From Yuukianura sp. NJ FZ-2021 (Eukaryota), in NCBI GenBank assembly GCA_046563655.1, contig CM102286.1, forward strand, positions 5,890,001 through 5,954,000: a stretch of 64,000 nt of DNA. The letters are read 5' to 3'. The notes under the pieces are model-generated. The model was not told where the DNA came from. It ran no database searches and saw nothing but the letters and a program-made list of their open reading frames with translations. The position numbers and the translations under genes were made by a program. Each line of letters begins with the position of its first letter. The first letter of the stretch is position 1. This document shows positions 25,946-38,600 of the stretch, one piece after another.

Positions 25946-27280
25946 TTAACGTCATCCTCCGGATCGGTCCGAACTTCGGTTGCATGGTCTAGAATACGTA
26001 GATGTATCACCCATCAAAGGATTATACTCTGAAACAAGAAAAATTAGGAGTACGTAAAATAAATATAGAATATACTTTATTCGAAAAAAAGGAAAAAAAG
26101 AGGAACAGATTTTGTTTAAGCTTCCGTGATTGTATTAATATGAGGTGCGACAAGTATTGTCTTGCGTTAGGATTAGATTGTCGTTAGCAAGGAAATTCAA
26201 GCTGGTACTACTGACCCGGGCGAAGTGACTTTGATTTGGAACTTCCATTCTGACTTCCAGAAGTTCCGCTTTTCGTCCCTAACTTTTGTCCATCACTTTT
26301 TCTGCGTCCAGCCAGTTTCTCTAATTCGTCTATTCGTCTTTGGCGTTTCTCTTCCTCCTTCTGTTGATTTAAAAAAAAGAGATGATTATTTATATAATAA
26401 AATTGCACATTACAAAAAATACTAATTTATATATTAAAGTAACAAGGATCCATTTGAACTGAAATTAGTAAATCCGAATCGGAAATAAAACTATAAATCC
26501 TGGAATGTCAACGTTGGTTTAGTTGGATTAGATAATTAAACTAAAACACAGAGGCGAAAAGTGTGCTTGCCGCTTTCAGCTTCTCCGCCCGAGCAGCAGC
26601 TTCCTTTTCATACTGCTCTTGAAGTTTCGCAACATATTTCTGCCGAGCTTCATTCCTATTTGGAGATGGTGCTCCTACGTCTATAAATAAAAATACGTAT
26701 AAGTTTTAATGGTTTCATTTAATAAATAATGAATAGAATATCTTTGTAATGTTTTCACCTCTTTCAGGTCGGCGGTTAGTACGTTCAGGGAACATCCGAT
26801 CGCCATAGTTCTTCCACAGGAAATAGATGGCTATTGACGCCGCGAAAATATACCACCCATAGGCACTGATTAATCCTAACCCTGTGAAGAATCAAACTAA
26901 AATATAAAAGCCATCTATATCCAATAACACGAGGTATACGATTGATGATTCAAGATCCAAGTCTATCTTGCAAAAGGACAACCCACAACACATTCAGCAG
27001 CACACTCTAAACTATAATTTCGATGGTGAAGCTATGAATCTTCGATACTGGATATGGGGTTGGGAAATGCGGGAACTCTAGTAATATTCCGGAGTTTCAC
27101 GGTGACCTTGAACTTCCCCATCCCCATCCACAACATAAGAAAAGATTCCAAGAATTTAGAATTCATTTTAATTTGTACAACTTTAATAGAATTATAACGA
27201 CCTGCGTTAGTGTAGTATTGGACGAAACCGACTTCTTCCTCTTCCGCAAATAATTCCTCGACGTCAATGGGGTCACCCAT
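25946..27280 (-). CDS. SelS: Selenoprotein S (SELENOS/VIMP), 179 aa, Sec at penultimate residue; exons 27280-27202, 26881-26759, 26680-26571, 26360-26216, 26028-25946
   Basis: Spliced translation shows SelS hallmarks: TM segment YGWYIFAASIAIYFLWK, coiled coil ARQKYVAKLQEQYEKEAAARAEKLKAKEEEKRQRRIDELE, and tail SLRPEYNPLMG...PCNRSSDRSGG-TGA(25954-25952)-CGT-TAA. All exon phases agree (540 nt total), and a SECIS lies downstream. Confidence 0.92.
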
Positions 27281-28175
27281 TCTGTTAACAGGCGATTCGA
27301 TTATCGCTAGGTCCAGCCCCAGATATGGCTTCTTTATTAAGTTCTGACAGAAATAAAACATATGCATTTATACGTAGTCTTTCTTAAGTAACATAGTGTA
27401 CGCATATTCTGTTTGATGTTTATATTTAAAAATAGTTACCTTACAAGTACAAGTTTCTTCCGCCCGACCTCAAATGTTCATTGTAAAAATTCAAATCCAA
27501 ACGTTTCTTTAAACGCTGGCTCGCTCGCTGTCTCAAAAGTTTCTAAGTAAACGTGATAGAATTAATTTTACGAAAAAAATTAACAGTGACAACTTGCCTT
27601 CTTTCTTGAACGAGTCTTCTGAACGAGTCTGGGTACAACACACTTACGTTAACCTACATACCACATGTAAGGATGGGCGAACAGAGATTTAACACTATTT
27701 ACACAATACATTTTATAAGAATTTAATTCTCATAAAACTTGTTATTTCTAGAATCACATATTTATAAGATTCCAGGAATAATTGAAACAACTTTCCAGTT
27801 TAGTTTTAATGTTATCCTTCTAAAAAAAAGTTGGGCTTAGACTACCAAACAAAAAAAAATTCCCAAAGAATTTCTTTAGGAATTCAGAATTTTATTATTA
27901 GTATTATTTTTTTTTTTTACAAATCTTAGTTTTCTGTGTCATTTAAAAATGAGACATATTTCTTTCAATTAATAGTCCAATTTCGATGAAATGTATACCT
28001 ATTACCAAGTATACCCTTGTAATACATTTGTTAGAATTTCTGTAATGTTCAAAAATTGAGTTTTTTTTATGCCAAAATTGTCAAAAATGGGACATCACAT
28101 TAACAGTGAACGAAAAAAGAAGTGTGAAGCAAGTTCATTTTAATAAAAAGCAGAAGCGGCCCCAGTACAATGCTG

Positions 28176-28819
28176 GGTTCCAGGTCATAAGCGCCACTTC
28201 AATAAGCGCCACTCCAATATGCGCCACTCAATATGCGCCTAAAAAATATGCGCCACTTCCCAAAATGCGCCACCACCCAAAATGCGCCACTATCCATAAG
28301 CGCCTAACCAAAATGCGCCACCACCCAAAAAGCGCCACCACCCAAAAAGCGCCTCCAATCAAACAGCGCCTCCAGACCCAGTAAAAACCACCATTAACAC
28401 TAACCACACCTAAGCAGAAACCCTCGAGGGGTAATCAGTATTGCGAACTTTAAAAAAAAAACCTAACCTACCCAATCTAAACCCTCGAGACGTAATCAGT
28501 ATTGCGAATTTAAAAACCTAACACCGCGCCTTCGGCGCGGGAAACTATAAACGCCTGGGTTGTGGATAATTACCCTTGTTGGAGAACTCCAGCTTGTAAT
28601 TGAATGAAACATAATATACCTGGTATTTAATTGGAGCTGGTGGCGCTTTTTGGATGGTGGCGCTTTTTGGGTGGTGGCGCATTTTGGTTAGGCGCTTATG
28701 GATAGTGGCGCATTTTGGGTGGTGGCGCATTTTGGGAAGTGGCGCATATTTTTTAGGCGCATATTGAGTGGCGCATATTGGAGTGGCGCTTATTGAAGTG
28801 GCCCTTATGGGTTGCTACG
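28176..28819. mobile_element. Non-autonomous foldback-type DNA transposon (Mutator/MULE-like) with long subrepeat-built TIRs and an 8-bp TSD
   Basis: Inverted arms ~28186-28356 and ~28630-28809 are built of ~15-nt (A/T)GCGCCAC units. Direct repeat CAATGCTG at 28168-28175 and 28820-28827. Internal duplicated AAACCCTCGAG..GTAATCAGTATTGCGAA motif and hairpin CCGCGCC-TTC-GGCGCGG (28524-28540). Confidence 0.88.
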
Positions 28820-29281
28820 CAATGCTGCTGGAACTCATTGCTTTGGCCTTCTTTGCATTTTGATTTTTAATCCACTTTTCCCGCATAAGCATGATAAAAT
28901 ATTTTGTTTTGTGCATCTAATTTTCACTACGTATGTGTTTTCGATGTCGTTGTTTGTAATTGCCGGTTGTTTGTAAATGTATTCCTGACACAATTCCTAC
29001 AAAGGCACCACCAGAAAATTGAACGCATAAGAAAAAATACTCTCATCACAGTCTGATTCGAGCGGTGTGGTGGTGGTTTGTGAGCCAACTTTCTCTTTAA
29101 AGCCCTTGCTACCCTTAACTTCCCTTCAATTTCATGTCACTTAACTGCCAGCATTTGTTGAATCCACAAGTAATAGTTAGGGTATTTGGAATTTCACGTT
29201 TACAACGCCGCTGTCCGACATTTTACTCAAGCGTAATCTATACCCGTTTCTAGAACTTGACGTTTGACCTTAGTATTTGAA

Positions 29282-29824
29282 ATGGTGAAAACAAGTACAT
29301 TCTTCATAGTCATTTTCTTGGGGATGCCCAGCCTCGGCTTGAGCGCCGTTGAGTCTGCGCACACTTTCGGTGACCTCCTGCGTGGAAGAAAACTGGAGTT
29401 CAACCTGGGAGACATAATCAGCCGAATTATATCGACATGGAACGCCATGGACCAACCAACGGAGCGTGCTGCACCAAGCATCCGGAGGATCGTCACTGCT
29501 GCAGAAACAAGAGTAGTGCCAGAGGCTTCAGAAGTGAAACCAAGGCGTCACGGCATAATCGAAAGAGTCACAAGACCTGGAGGTGGAACGCAGCTAAATG
29601 TGCAAAGGGCGAAAGCTCTCAAACCACAAACTATTTTGTCGCAGCCACTTCGGGTTGTGGACGGAGACAGATCATCCAGGGGTGGCGGAAGAAGTTTGAA
29701 GCAAGTTGAAGTCCAAGGTGTCAAGATTATAGTAGGCGAACGTGTACCGGACGCTCCAGAAGATAAGTTCCAGACATGGCGGAACGCCAGGGTCATCAAG
29801 GGCATGCTCGTGCCAAATTCATAG
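29282..29824 (+). CDS. Single-exon secreted protein, 180 aa, unknown function
   Basis: Signal-peptide-like MVKTSTFFIVIFLGMPSLGLSA, coding-like composition, and AATAAA ~20 nt after the stop. C-terminal block IIVGERVPDAPEDKFQTWRNARVIKGMLVP. Confidence 0.75.
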   Translation: MVKTSTFFIVIFLGMPSLGLSAVESAHTFGDLLRGRKLEFNLGDIISRIISTWNAMDQPTERAAPSIRRIVTAAETRVVPEASEVKPRRHGIIERVTRPGGGTQLNVQRAKALKPQTILSQPLRVVDGDRSSRGGGRSLKQVEVQGVKIIVGERVPDAPEDKFQTWRNARVIKGMLVPNS

Positions 29825-31253
29825 TGTAATGAAACATTTTTTTTAATAAAGTTATGAGTTCATGGAAAAGCCAAAATTTTTCCAAAAGACAGCTAACGTT
29901 AGTGACATATTTTTTTATTTTGAAAAATGTGACTATTTTTAGTATGATGGAGTACTTCTGTACGTTTTTAAGTCGCGTTGTGCTGATATTGGAAATAGAG
30001 CTGTTAAAGTCGAAGGAGCGTCGACTTTTAGAATTGCCTAGATTTATTGTTTGTATACAAAGCCTTGTTTTGTATTTAAAGGTTGATTTTGATTAAGGTT
30101 TTGTATGGTATTAATTGTTTGGAAAGAAATTTTGAATTACCGGAACCGAATTAAATTAGTGAGAAAGTGGGGTACGGTTGCTGTGTGTCAGTGATTAATT
30201 TTTTTCTTCTGTAACTCTCTCTTTTTTCCCCCGCATAAAGTGTTTTTGCAACTAACCCTTTTGTTGTGGTAGATTCGTGGATCTTCACTTTCGTTGTTGT
30301 TCTATATGTGTTGGGAACATTTTCTTTTTGTTGATTGACAATTCCTTGAGGCCATTTGAAAATCTCTGTTGGTTGATTCCGTCTTTTTGTCATCTTCGTC
30401 AGTAGTGAGATCTTCATCGCTAAAACCATAAGCGCGAATTGACCAAGTTGACAACAACGGAGCTGAAACACATTGTGGTGTAAAAGGTAAGTTTTTTTAA
30501 AGGTGGGTTACAACTTACAAGGTTGAATTCGCAATGCAGTTCAGTTTGCCAACTTGCGGAATTCGCGCTAATGATTTGGAACCGTTTTGACTACATCCCT
30601 ATTTTCAGTAATCGAGTTGAAACGTAAGTTAACTAACTCCCTGGACAGCGCACGGATACTCCAGAATGGAAGGTGTGCATAAACGAATGAAGTTAGAAAT
30701 TGAAACTTTTGATCTTGTATTTTCTCTAAATAGTAATTGCATAAAAACTTATTTTTTCTAAATGCTTATTTCTATAAAGCGACACCTCTAGGGCGTTTGT
30801 AGAGTATTATTTCTTCAGAATAATCGCTTAATGCTGCTATAAGTCGAGGTAGATTAGGATGACTTTATTTGAAATCGTTTGATCTATGCGTAACATAGGA
30901 ATCCAACGACTGGAAATCTAACTGTAAAACTTTAAAAGTCATTTGTGGTCCAACACAATGTCTTCAGTGCATTTTACACGTTTTTATTAGTGGACTTTCC
31001 AATGTGAGAGAATTATGATTAGTTGTGCTGAGTTAGGGCTTAGGCTTTTATTGGACTTTCTTGCGTCAGTAGATGGCTTAAGAGCTTTGAAGTTAGTCTG
31101 GAATTTGGTCGTAAAGTTAGCAAATAATGCAAAACTGGTCACTCACTCAGTCTGTGTGTAACAAAACTTTTACTTTGGCGTTCCACATTGCTACGGTTTA
31201 GTTGTTACATTTGAACTTTGCGCAAGAAATTTTTTAACTTGATTTGGTTAACG

Positions 31254-32060
31254 ATGACAGTTTTCCGCGCGGCTATATTTCTAGTCTTAACCCAAGTTCT
31301 AACTACAATCTGTGAAAATCAACAGGTAAGGAGTTAATTGCTAATGCTGACTTTAAATAATGCGGAATGGAATTAGTAAAATATAATAGGAATATAATTT
31401 TCAGAAATTTCCTGTGCAAGTATATTATGAAACTCGCTGCCGGTATTCTGTCAAGTTTTTCTCAAAGCAGCTTTGTCCAGTCTGGGATCAAATTTCCGAT
31501 GTCGTTGATGTCCAACTGTTTCCATATGGAAATGCTGTGGTAAAATAATTATTCATGAAATTTCAACTGCCTTATTGGCCAAAGCAATGACAAGGAGCTA
31601 ATTCAGCGATTTTAACATTACTTATTATTTTTTTAAGAAACAAGTCGACACCACTGGTGAGGTTTCTATCAAATGTCAACATGGAGAAAAAGAATGTCTG
31701 GGAAACATGATGCACGCTTGCGCACTCAACCTGTATCCGTATTCACAAGCAAGAAAATTTGTATGCTGCTCAATGAGTCTCAAAAGTTCAATTGCTGCTG
31801 GGGAACAGTGTGCAGAACAATTGGGATTGACCTTTGACCCAATCCAACGATGCATAGACAGCAACACAGGATTTTTGTACATGAGCGTGTATGGGAATGC
31901 AACTGACCAATTAAACCCTAAGCATACATTTGTGCCTTGGATTCTGTTCAACGGCGTTCACGATCCAGAAGATATGAATGCTGCCCAAGAAAATTTCCCA
32001 GCAGTACTTTGTAAATCACTTGGAGCAAGTGCGCGTACCGCAATTTTTTGCAGTTCTTAA
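31254..32060 (+). CDS. GILT: GILT-like lysosomal thiol reductase, copy 1 (active site CRYS, CxxS); exons 31254-31325, 31405-31539, 31638-32060
   Basis: Signal peptide, VQVYYETRCRYS, LFPYGNA, GILT signature CQHGEKECLGNMMHAC, FVPWILFNG; phase-0 GT-AG introns. Confidence 0.93.
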
Positions 32061-32552
32061 TTCTTACAACGATTGGCTTCAAAATGGTTTGAAATAGAAG
32101 TTGAAAAATTTGAAAACATCGTTCCCTTCTAGTCTCAAAAATTACAAAATCACATTGTATGTTCCTTTGTGTTAAAATTAGGAGTTAAAAATAAAAGGTC
32201 AAAATCGAGTTGTTTGTTTGCTACAAACACTTTCAGAGGATTGTTTTTCCTTTTCGACTGTAGATATTTTTACAAATGACTAATAATTTCCAAAAAGTCA
32301 AGTTCATTGCACATGATTACACAAGAACTTCGAATTTAAGACTCTCAGTTTACTTACTTAGACATTGGAACTATAAATATCAGTGTTCAAACGTTGCATT
32401 AAAGATAAAACCTATTTTGTTTGTCTTAAGATACACTGCAACCGCACCCATATTCCACAGTTCCTGAGTTAGCTTGTTTGTGTCAACTGCTTTTCCTAAG
32501 ATTTTGTTTTACTTTTGCTTAAATTCTTCAAATTTTGAACATTTTGATAATA

Positions 32553-33456
32553 ATGAATTGCATCGGAGTGGCTGTACTTCTGGTTGCTTTGCAAGTCATT
32601 ATTATAAATGGCGAAAAGGTGAGTAAAGGAGTGGAATACGATGAGTCAGAGTGACGCTTTATTAGGCAGCTTTGATGGTTTGGTTGTTTCTGTTGGGTAT
32701 TGCTTATCACATTGTCTCGATTCGACTACTCGATTATTAGGTTGTTATTATTTTTTATTAAAATACTGTTTTCGCTTACAGAAATACCCGGTGCAAATAT
32801 ACTACGAAAGTTTTTGCCCAGACTGTACCACGTATATTGGGAAGCAAGTCTGCCCAACCTGGGAGAAAATGAGGGATGTCCTGGATATTCAGTTGTTTCC
32901 ATACGGAAATGCTATAGTAAGATCGATTAATACCAAGCTAAAAAAAATACAATTCTTCGTTCTTTTTACAATTTCTGCACAATTTTTGGATGTGTCTATT
33001 TAACTTCAAACTACATTTTAGACGTTCCACTCCCATGGAAATTTGACAGTTCGCTGTCAACACGGCCCAAAAGAATGCCTGGGAAACATCATCCACGCTT
33101 GCGCACTCAATCTCTACCCATTTCCCGATAGAATGCAGTTCGTCTGTTGTATGGAAAATGGCAACAAAAGTACCCTGTCGACTGCAAAGAATTGTGCAGA
33201 GAAGCTGAAATTAAAATTCGAACCAATACAAAAATGCATAAAGAGCGGCGCTGGATTCCAGTACATGGTTGATTACGGGAAAGCTACTGACAAGTTGGAC
33301 CCCCACCATAAGTTTGTGCCTTGGACTCTGTTCAACGGTACTTACGATTCTCATGACATGGACATTGCACAACAACATTTTCAAACAGTGGTCTGCAAAT
33401 ATATGGGACCGTCTCCACCTCCTCAATGCAACACAATTTTTTCAGACTATGACTAA
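32553..33456 (+). CDS. GILT: GILT-like lysosomal thiol reductase, copy 2 (active site CPDC, CxxC); exons 32553-32618, 32782-32916, 33022-33456
   Basis: Signal peptide, VQIYYESFCPDC, LFPYGNA, CQHGPKECLGNIIHAC, FVPWTLFNG; same intron positions as copy 1. Confidence 0.93.
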
Positions 33457-35655
33457 AGATCAATTTCATGTATTGCCAGAGTTAGTCCGCTTAGTAACAC
33501 TACATTTAAAAACGTGTAGCAATTTTATTTACTTCTCGAAAAAAAGTTTTTAATAAATTGGGAAATTTTAAATCATGATGACGTTTCTATCTTCAAAAAA
33601 GTTATGTGACTGCAATGAGCATGTAATGTTACATCCATTAGATAAATTACATTGTCATGTACTTTGAAAAGTAGAAATGAATGCCATCAGTAGGCCTGCG
33701 GTGGAAACAAAATGCTTGATATAGCAACACACTGTAATTCAAATACGCAAGCCTCGACTGTTCAAGAAAGTGCGAGGATCTAGAAAAAAATTTCGGAGCA
33801 GGAAAATGCCCGGACTTGCGGAATGAAGTGGAAAGCGCAGGAGCTGCCTTTGAATTCCAAGAAACAATTCGGAAGAGACTTCGGGTAGAAACCGAACCGG
33901 GTAGTCTTCCACATTCATCGCTCCCTACCAAAGTACTTACTAATTCTCAAAGAATTCTTGAACTCTCAAAGTTCAGTACGGCTGCGAACTGCAAAATCCT
34001 TCCAGCAGAGTGGCACCGTACAACACAAATTAACCCACACACACGTCTTAACCCAATTCAAATCCTCTCTGGCTGGTACTGGTGAAAGTAAGTAAAATAT
34101 TTTATGTAACTTCAAATTAATTCTATTCAAATTTTATTTTCAAATTAAGCGTTCAAAGGTAGGTATTAGCGAGGAACTCTTTTTTGTAGATTAGGTTTGC
34201 TTTTTTTGGAAACTTTCATCAGAGTAGATTAGTTTTATATTGAATTACGCCTGCAACTAATCCAGAACAGAATGAGGGCATCGTATATTGTGAACCAATA
34301 GGTTTTTGGGTTTTCGTAAACTTTTGCAAGAGGAAAGTTGTAGAAGTAGAGCTATCGATCCATAAAACAATTGAGAAAGTCAAGGTAATTTCTCAGTGCT
34401 ACTTTCTCCACCACTCCTCTGGCACAAATTAACTTTGGTCCAACCTAATCCATTTATAGCTCTTTAAACATAGACAGCGTTTCAGTTCAATCTTGGAATT
34501 AAAGTTACATTTGACGTCGTTTTAAGTCAACGTGGCTCATCATATTTTAGAAATCAGTTAGATTGGCATTGAATTCAAATATCGGAATTCAATAAACACA
34601 TTAAGGGCCAAACTAGGCCACGTGGAATATTGAATATTGTGTTAACAAAAGTGGAACGATGTAAAAACAGAACAAGTTACCAACTAACGGTACAGAATTT
34701 TGATTTTCAATATTTTGAAGTTTCCATTACAAAATTTGGAGCATGTAGAAGGATAATGTAGGAAAATTAGCGAAAAATTGGATTTTTCCAAAGAATTAAA
34801 AAATGGCAAAATTTGAGACGAATTTCAATACATTTGAATTTCAAGTCCTTGTAGCAGTATTCTAATTTCTAGATTTTAAGAGCAGATTGGCATGAGGGTT
34901 TTAGACGCATGTGGATCCGAAATATTTTTAGAACAACGAAATAACGAATAGATGTGAGACATTTGAGACAGGAGACTTGTGTTATATTGAACGAGGAAAT
35001 CTAATGGCATCCCACGTAGTAAGAATGAAATTGAGTTACAAAATGACAAAGTTGGAATAAGCCCAAAACCGAAAACCCAGCATGTGAATAATCCAAAAGT
35101 TCAGGAACGCGTAACTTTATAAAAGTATATTTAACTACATATAAAACAGTATCACAAAAAATTAGGAAAAGTTTAAAATTTTATGTTATCAAGGTACAAC
35201 GATTTTTAAATTTGAGTTGACTCATTCACTGGTTGTTGCCATGCCAGCATATTCTACGAATAACACGTATAAACATCCACATCAAGTTGGACTAAAATAT
35301 TTCGACCCCGAACGAGTTTGTTGACCAGAGTGTCCTAGATAAAACTAACTCACTGAATTCCGAATTCGTCCAATCCAGGTCAAAATTAAGAGACAAATAG
35401 CCTGCCAGGGTAAGCCAAATAAATGAAGCTAGGGAATGAATTTTTCAAACCATCTTAGCAGCTAAAAGCTCTCAATTCCAAGAAATTTCTATAAACATCA
35501 ACGGTGTATTACGGCTAAAAACTAAATCTGCGACAACTCGGAAGCTTCAGATTTTGCTTTTGGTTTTAACTAAAATTTGCAAATTTAATATTCTTTTTTT
35601 CAGGAACGTGATTTGAAAACTCCAACACTGTAGTGGAGGTGCTACAAAAACGAAA

Positions 35656-38600
35656 ATGCCAGTACCGGAGTCATACGCGTCACGTCGCTACGCAGGTCGT
35701 GAAGAAACTACATATTCATCGACATACTCGCAAACCCGTTCCGCAACACGACCTGGCGTCTTGACACCTTCTTTCACTTCCAAGTTGGCATCGTCTACTC
35801 TTCCGCCACGACCTTCATTCGAACGAAAATCGTCCATAGAGAGCTCATCTAGTTCCAGTCGCTACTTGTCCGGAAGTAGAACCATCCCTTCCTATGGAAC
35901 TCCAAGTATCATCAGAGGTGCAGCTTCTCCCAACAGAGCTACAACGTCAATCCTGCGTCGTGAAGTTCCGTCAGTCTCCGATCGGATCAAGTCCTACGAC
36001 TCGGCTCCATCCGGTGAAAAAGAATTTGTTAGTCGTTTTCTCCGGCCGCGTGAAGCCACTGTAGCACCCACTACCAGTTTTGCCTCAAAATCAAACGCCT
36101 ACCTTACGTCGCGTGAGCGGAGCAGCAGTCGTGACTCGGGCTACTCATCTTCCCTACTCGGTTCATCTTCGGCTCATCCTGTGCTAGGCGGAAGGGAGCG
36201 TGAGAGAAACGTGCGTGGAAACATTGCGGCGCGCGCAGCTTCAATTGGACCATCAGCACTCAGTACCCGAAGTAGCAGAAATGGACATACGACGATGTCA
36301 CAACAGAGCTCCACTGAGGTAACTAATAAGTCAAACGTCTCTTCTGCTACCAGCTCAGCTAATGTATCACGTGGAGGCACACCGCCTAAACGTAACCAAA
36401 CGGCTCCACCAATTTGTCAAAGTAATGCATCCGCTAGTCAGGCAGTTGTGGGTGGAGACAGTAACGTAATAGTCAACAATCGTAACGACGGTTTGTCCGC
36501 CTCCAAAATGCATAAGAGTGCTGCTGGCACTACGTTATCAAATGGTGACATTGACATTGGTAGTGGTCAGAGGGTGAATGAGAATGAAAGTACTAAGCGA
36601 AGGGAGCGAAGTGTAAAAATGGTAACAGAAATTGACAGTAATGGAAACGCAATTTCAAGTGAACGGGAGGACAGCGCTGAAAGTGAAGAGCTGAATGCTG
36701 GAACTAAAAACTCAGCAGAGTCCGAGAGCGACTGTTCAGTAGGAACTGATAAATCAGCAAAGAAAAATTTTCAATCCGGCGGAGATTTTAGTCACAAAAA
36801 TGAAAAAGACGAGGTTTCTGCTAGTCAGAAATGCCATAGTAACGACTCAAATTTGACTTGTAACGGCGTAGAATCACAACACGAGTCATCAGCTCAACCT
36901 GAAACTTTCACTTCCAAATCAAACAGTATAATGACAAAGCGGCTTCAGCGCAGGACCAGCGGCAGTGGACAATCCACTTCCGGTCTAGGTCACCAACCTC
37001 CAAAATTGCTTCCCCCGGCTAATGAATTTAAACAAGTTCCACTAAAAGACGACGCAGTTGCAAAGAAGGTCCTTCCCACGCTTAGGTACGCCGGAAGACA
37101 ACAAAGCGCTTCGCCAGTTCGACAACTTGGCCCCTCTAAACTCCGAACCCCATCGCCTGCAAAGGTTGTTCAACCTGCGTCTTCGCGCAGCCGCGAAAGC
37201 TCGTCGTCCATTTCTGTTAACCGAAAAAACAGTGTCGGTTCCGTTAGTTCGGAATCAAAACCGTCTTCGGTTTCATCTTCTTCGACTTCTGAAGGAAACG
37301 GCAAGACGCCAAGGTCATTTTCCGTCATCCCAGTACCGGCAGCTAGTCGAGAGCAAAGTTTGTCAAGGTCACCGTCTCCGCAGCTTGGGGTTCCAAAACC
37401 ACCGCCACTGCCTGACCTCTACCTCAACGGAAAGTTTGAGCCAGGGGAGATGAATGGCCATAAAAATGAAGACAAAGGTCAAAAGCAGCGCCCTGGACCC
37501 AGTCACCGTGCAGGAACGACAAGCGACTCGTCTGACAATGTAAGTTCAAGTCCCTCATCTTTCTGGAATGTCATTTTTGTCTTCAATTTCTGTTTCTTTT
37601 ACAAACCGACACAAAACACGACTTCCCGGACTGTACACATACTTTATGAATTTGTTTCGCCACGTCGTTCTGTTCCGTCACTTGCTTCACGGTTGTTGAC
37701 ACCATCTTTTCCGTTATCGTTTTTACACTTTGTTTCTCCTTTCTCTTGTTGTTGTTGTACTTGCGTTCTGAGTGTGCCATTTTTTACTTGCGCAGGTTTT
37801 GTTCCTAAGTAAATATGTTAAGTTAGTTTTCTGAGTAACTTGCATCATCAGTGACGACGTTGAAGGCCAAATTTTTATGGAATCTGGTTTTTCTGGTCCT
37901 AAATTTTTTATGTTGTGCTCATGTCATTGGATTCACAAAAGTCCTCCGGTCAAATATTACGTCAGTCAAAATACCACTGATCACTCAACACTACAGATGC
38001 ATGCATCACTAGGATACAAAGATCACAAACTTTTGTCCATGGGATTCCTTGTCTTTGTTCCAATGTCGTATGTGGTCCTGGTCCATGTCCTATTTCCTAG
38101 TTGGCATTTGACTATGTGTGGCTATGGCTACCTTCCAATTCCTGTTCAGACTGGTGACATGGTGTGTCTCATTTCCCTTTCTGCTGCGACATTTTGACGC
38201 AAGATAGAGTTTTAGATGGAACGACGAATTTCATCTGGGGCATCTTGAGACTTTGGAACTCGAAAGATTCATTTGCTAAAGTACTTGGCACCTAACTTAT
38301 TGAGATTAGTTTCTTTAGCATTTGAATTTTTAGCAAAACTCATTTTAAGAATCATGCGCATGTGCATTTTCATGAACACTCAAGCTTTTTTTTTTAACAA
38401 AGGCCAAACTGCATTCCAGGGAAAAGCATTGTAATGTCATCCAAGGCGAATTCTAAACACTTCCCAAAATATAAGACAAAACTTTCGCTGAACCATTAAC
38501 AAGCAAACTGTCACCTGAACACTTTTGTTTTAACTTACAGTTACTTTTCATGTTATCAATTCCAGGAAATTAATTTTGAAATTTTTTCTCCATGCTAGTT

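Noticed and set aside
28186..28809. Regular GCGCCAC repeats as a CRISPR array, and ORFs 28106-28384 and 28545-28730
   Set aside because: Eukaryotic context, no unique 25-45 nt spacers, no cas genes. The repeats are mirror-image transposon arms and the ORFs are their by-products.
37540..37812. Hydrophobic, Cys-rich C-terminus of the 718-aa ORF
   Set aside because: Read-through into intron after the AAT|gtaagt donor at 37539.
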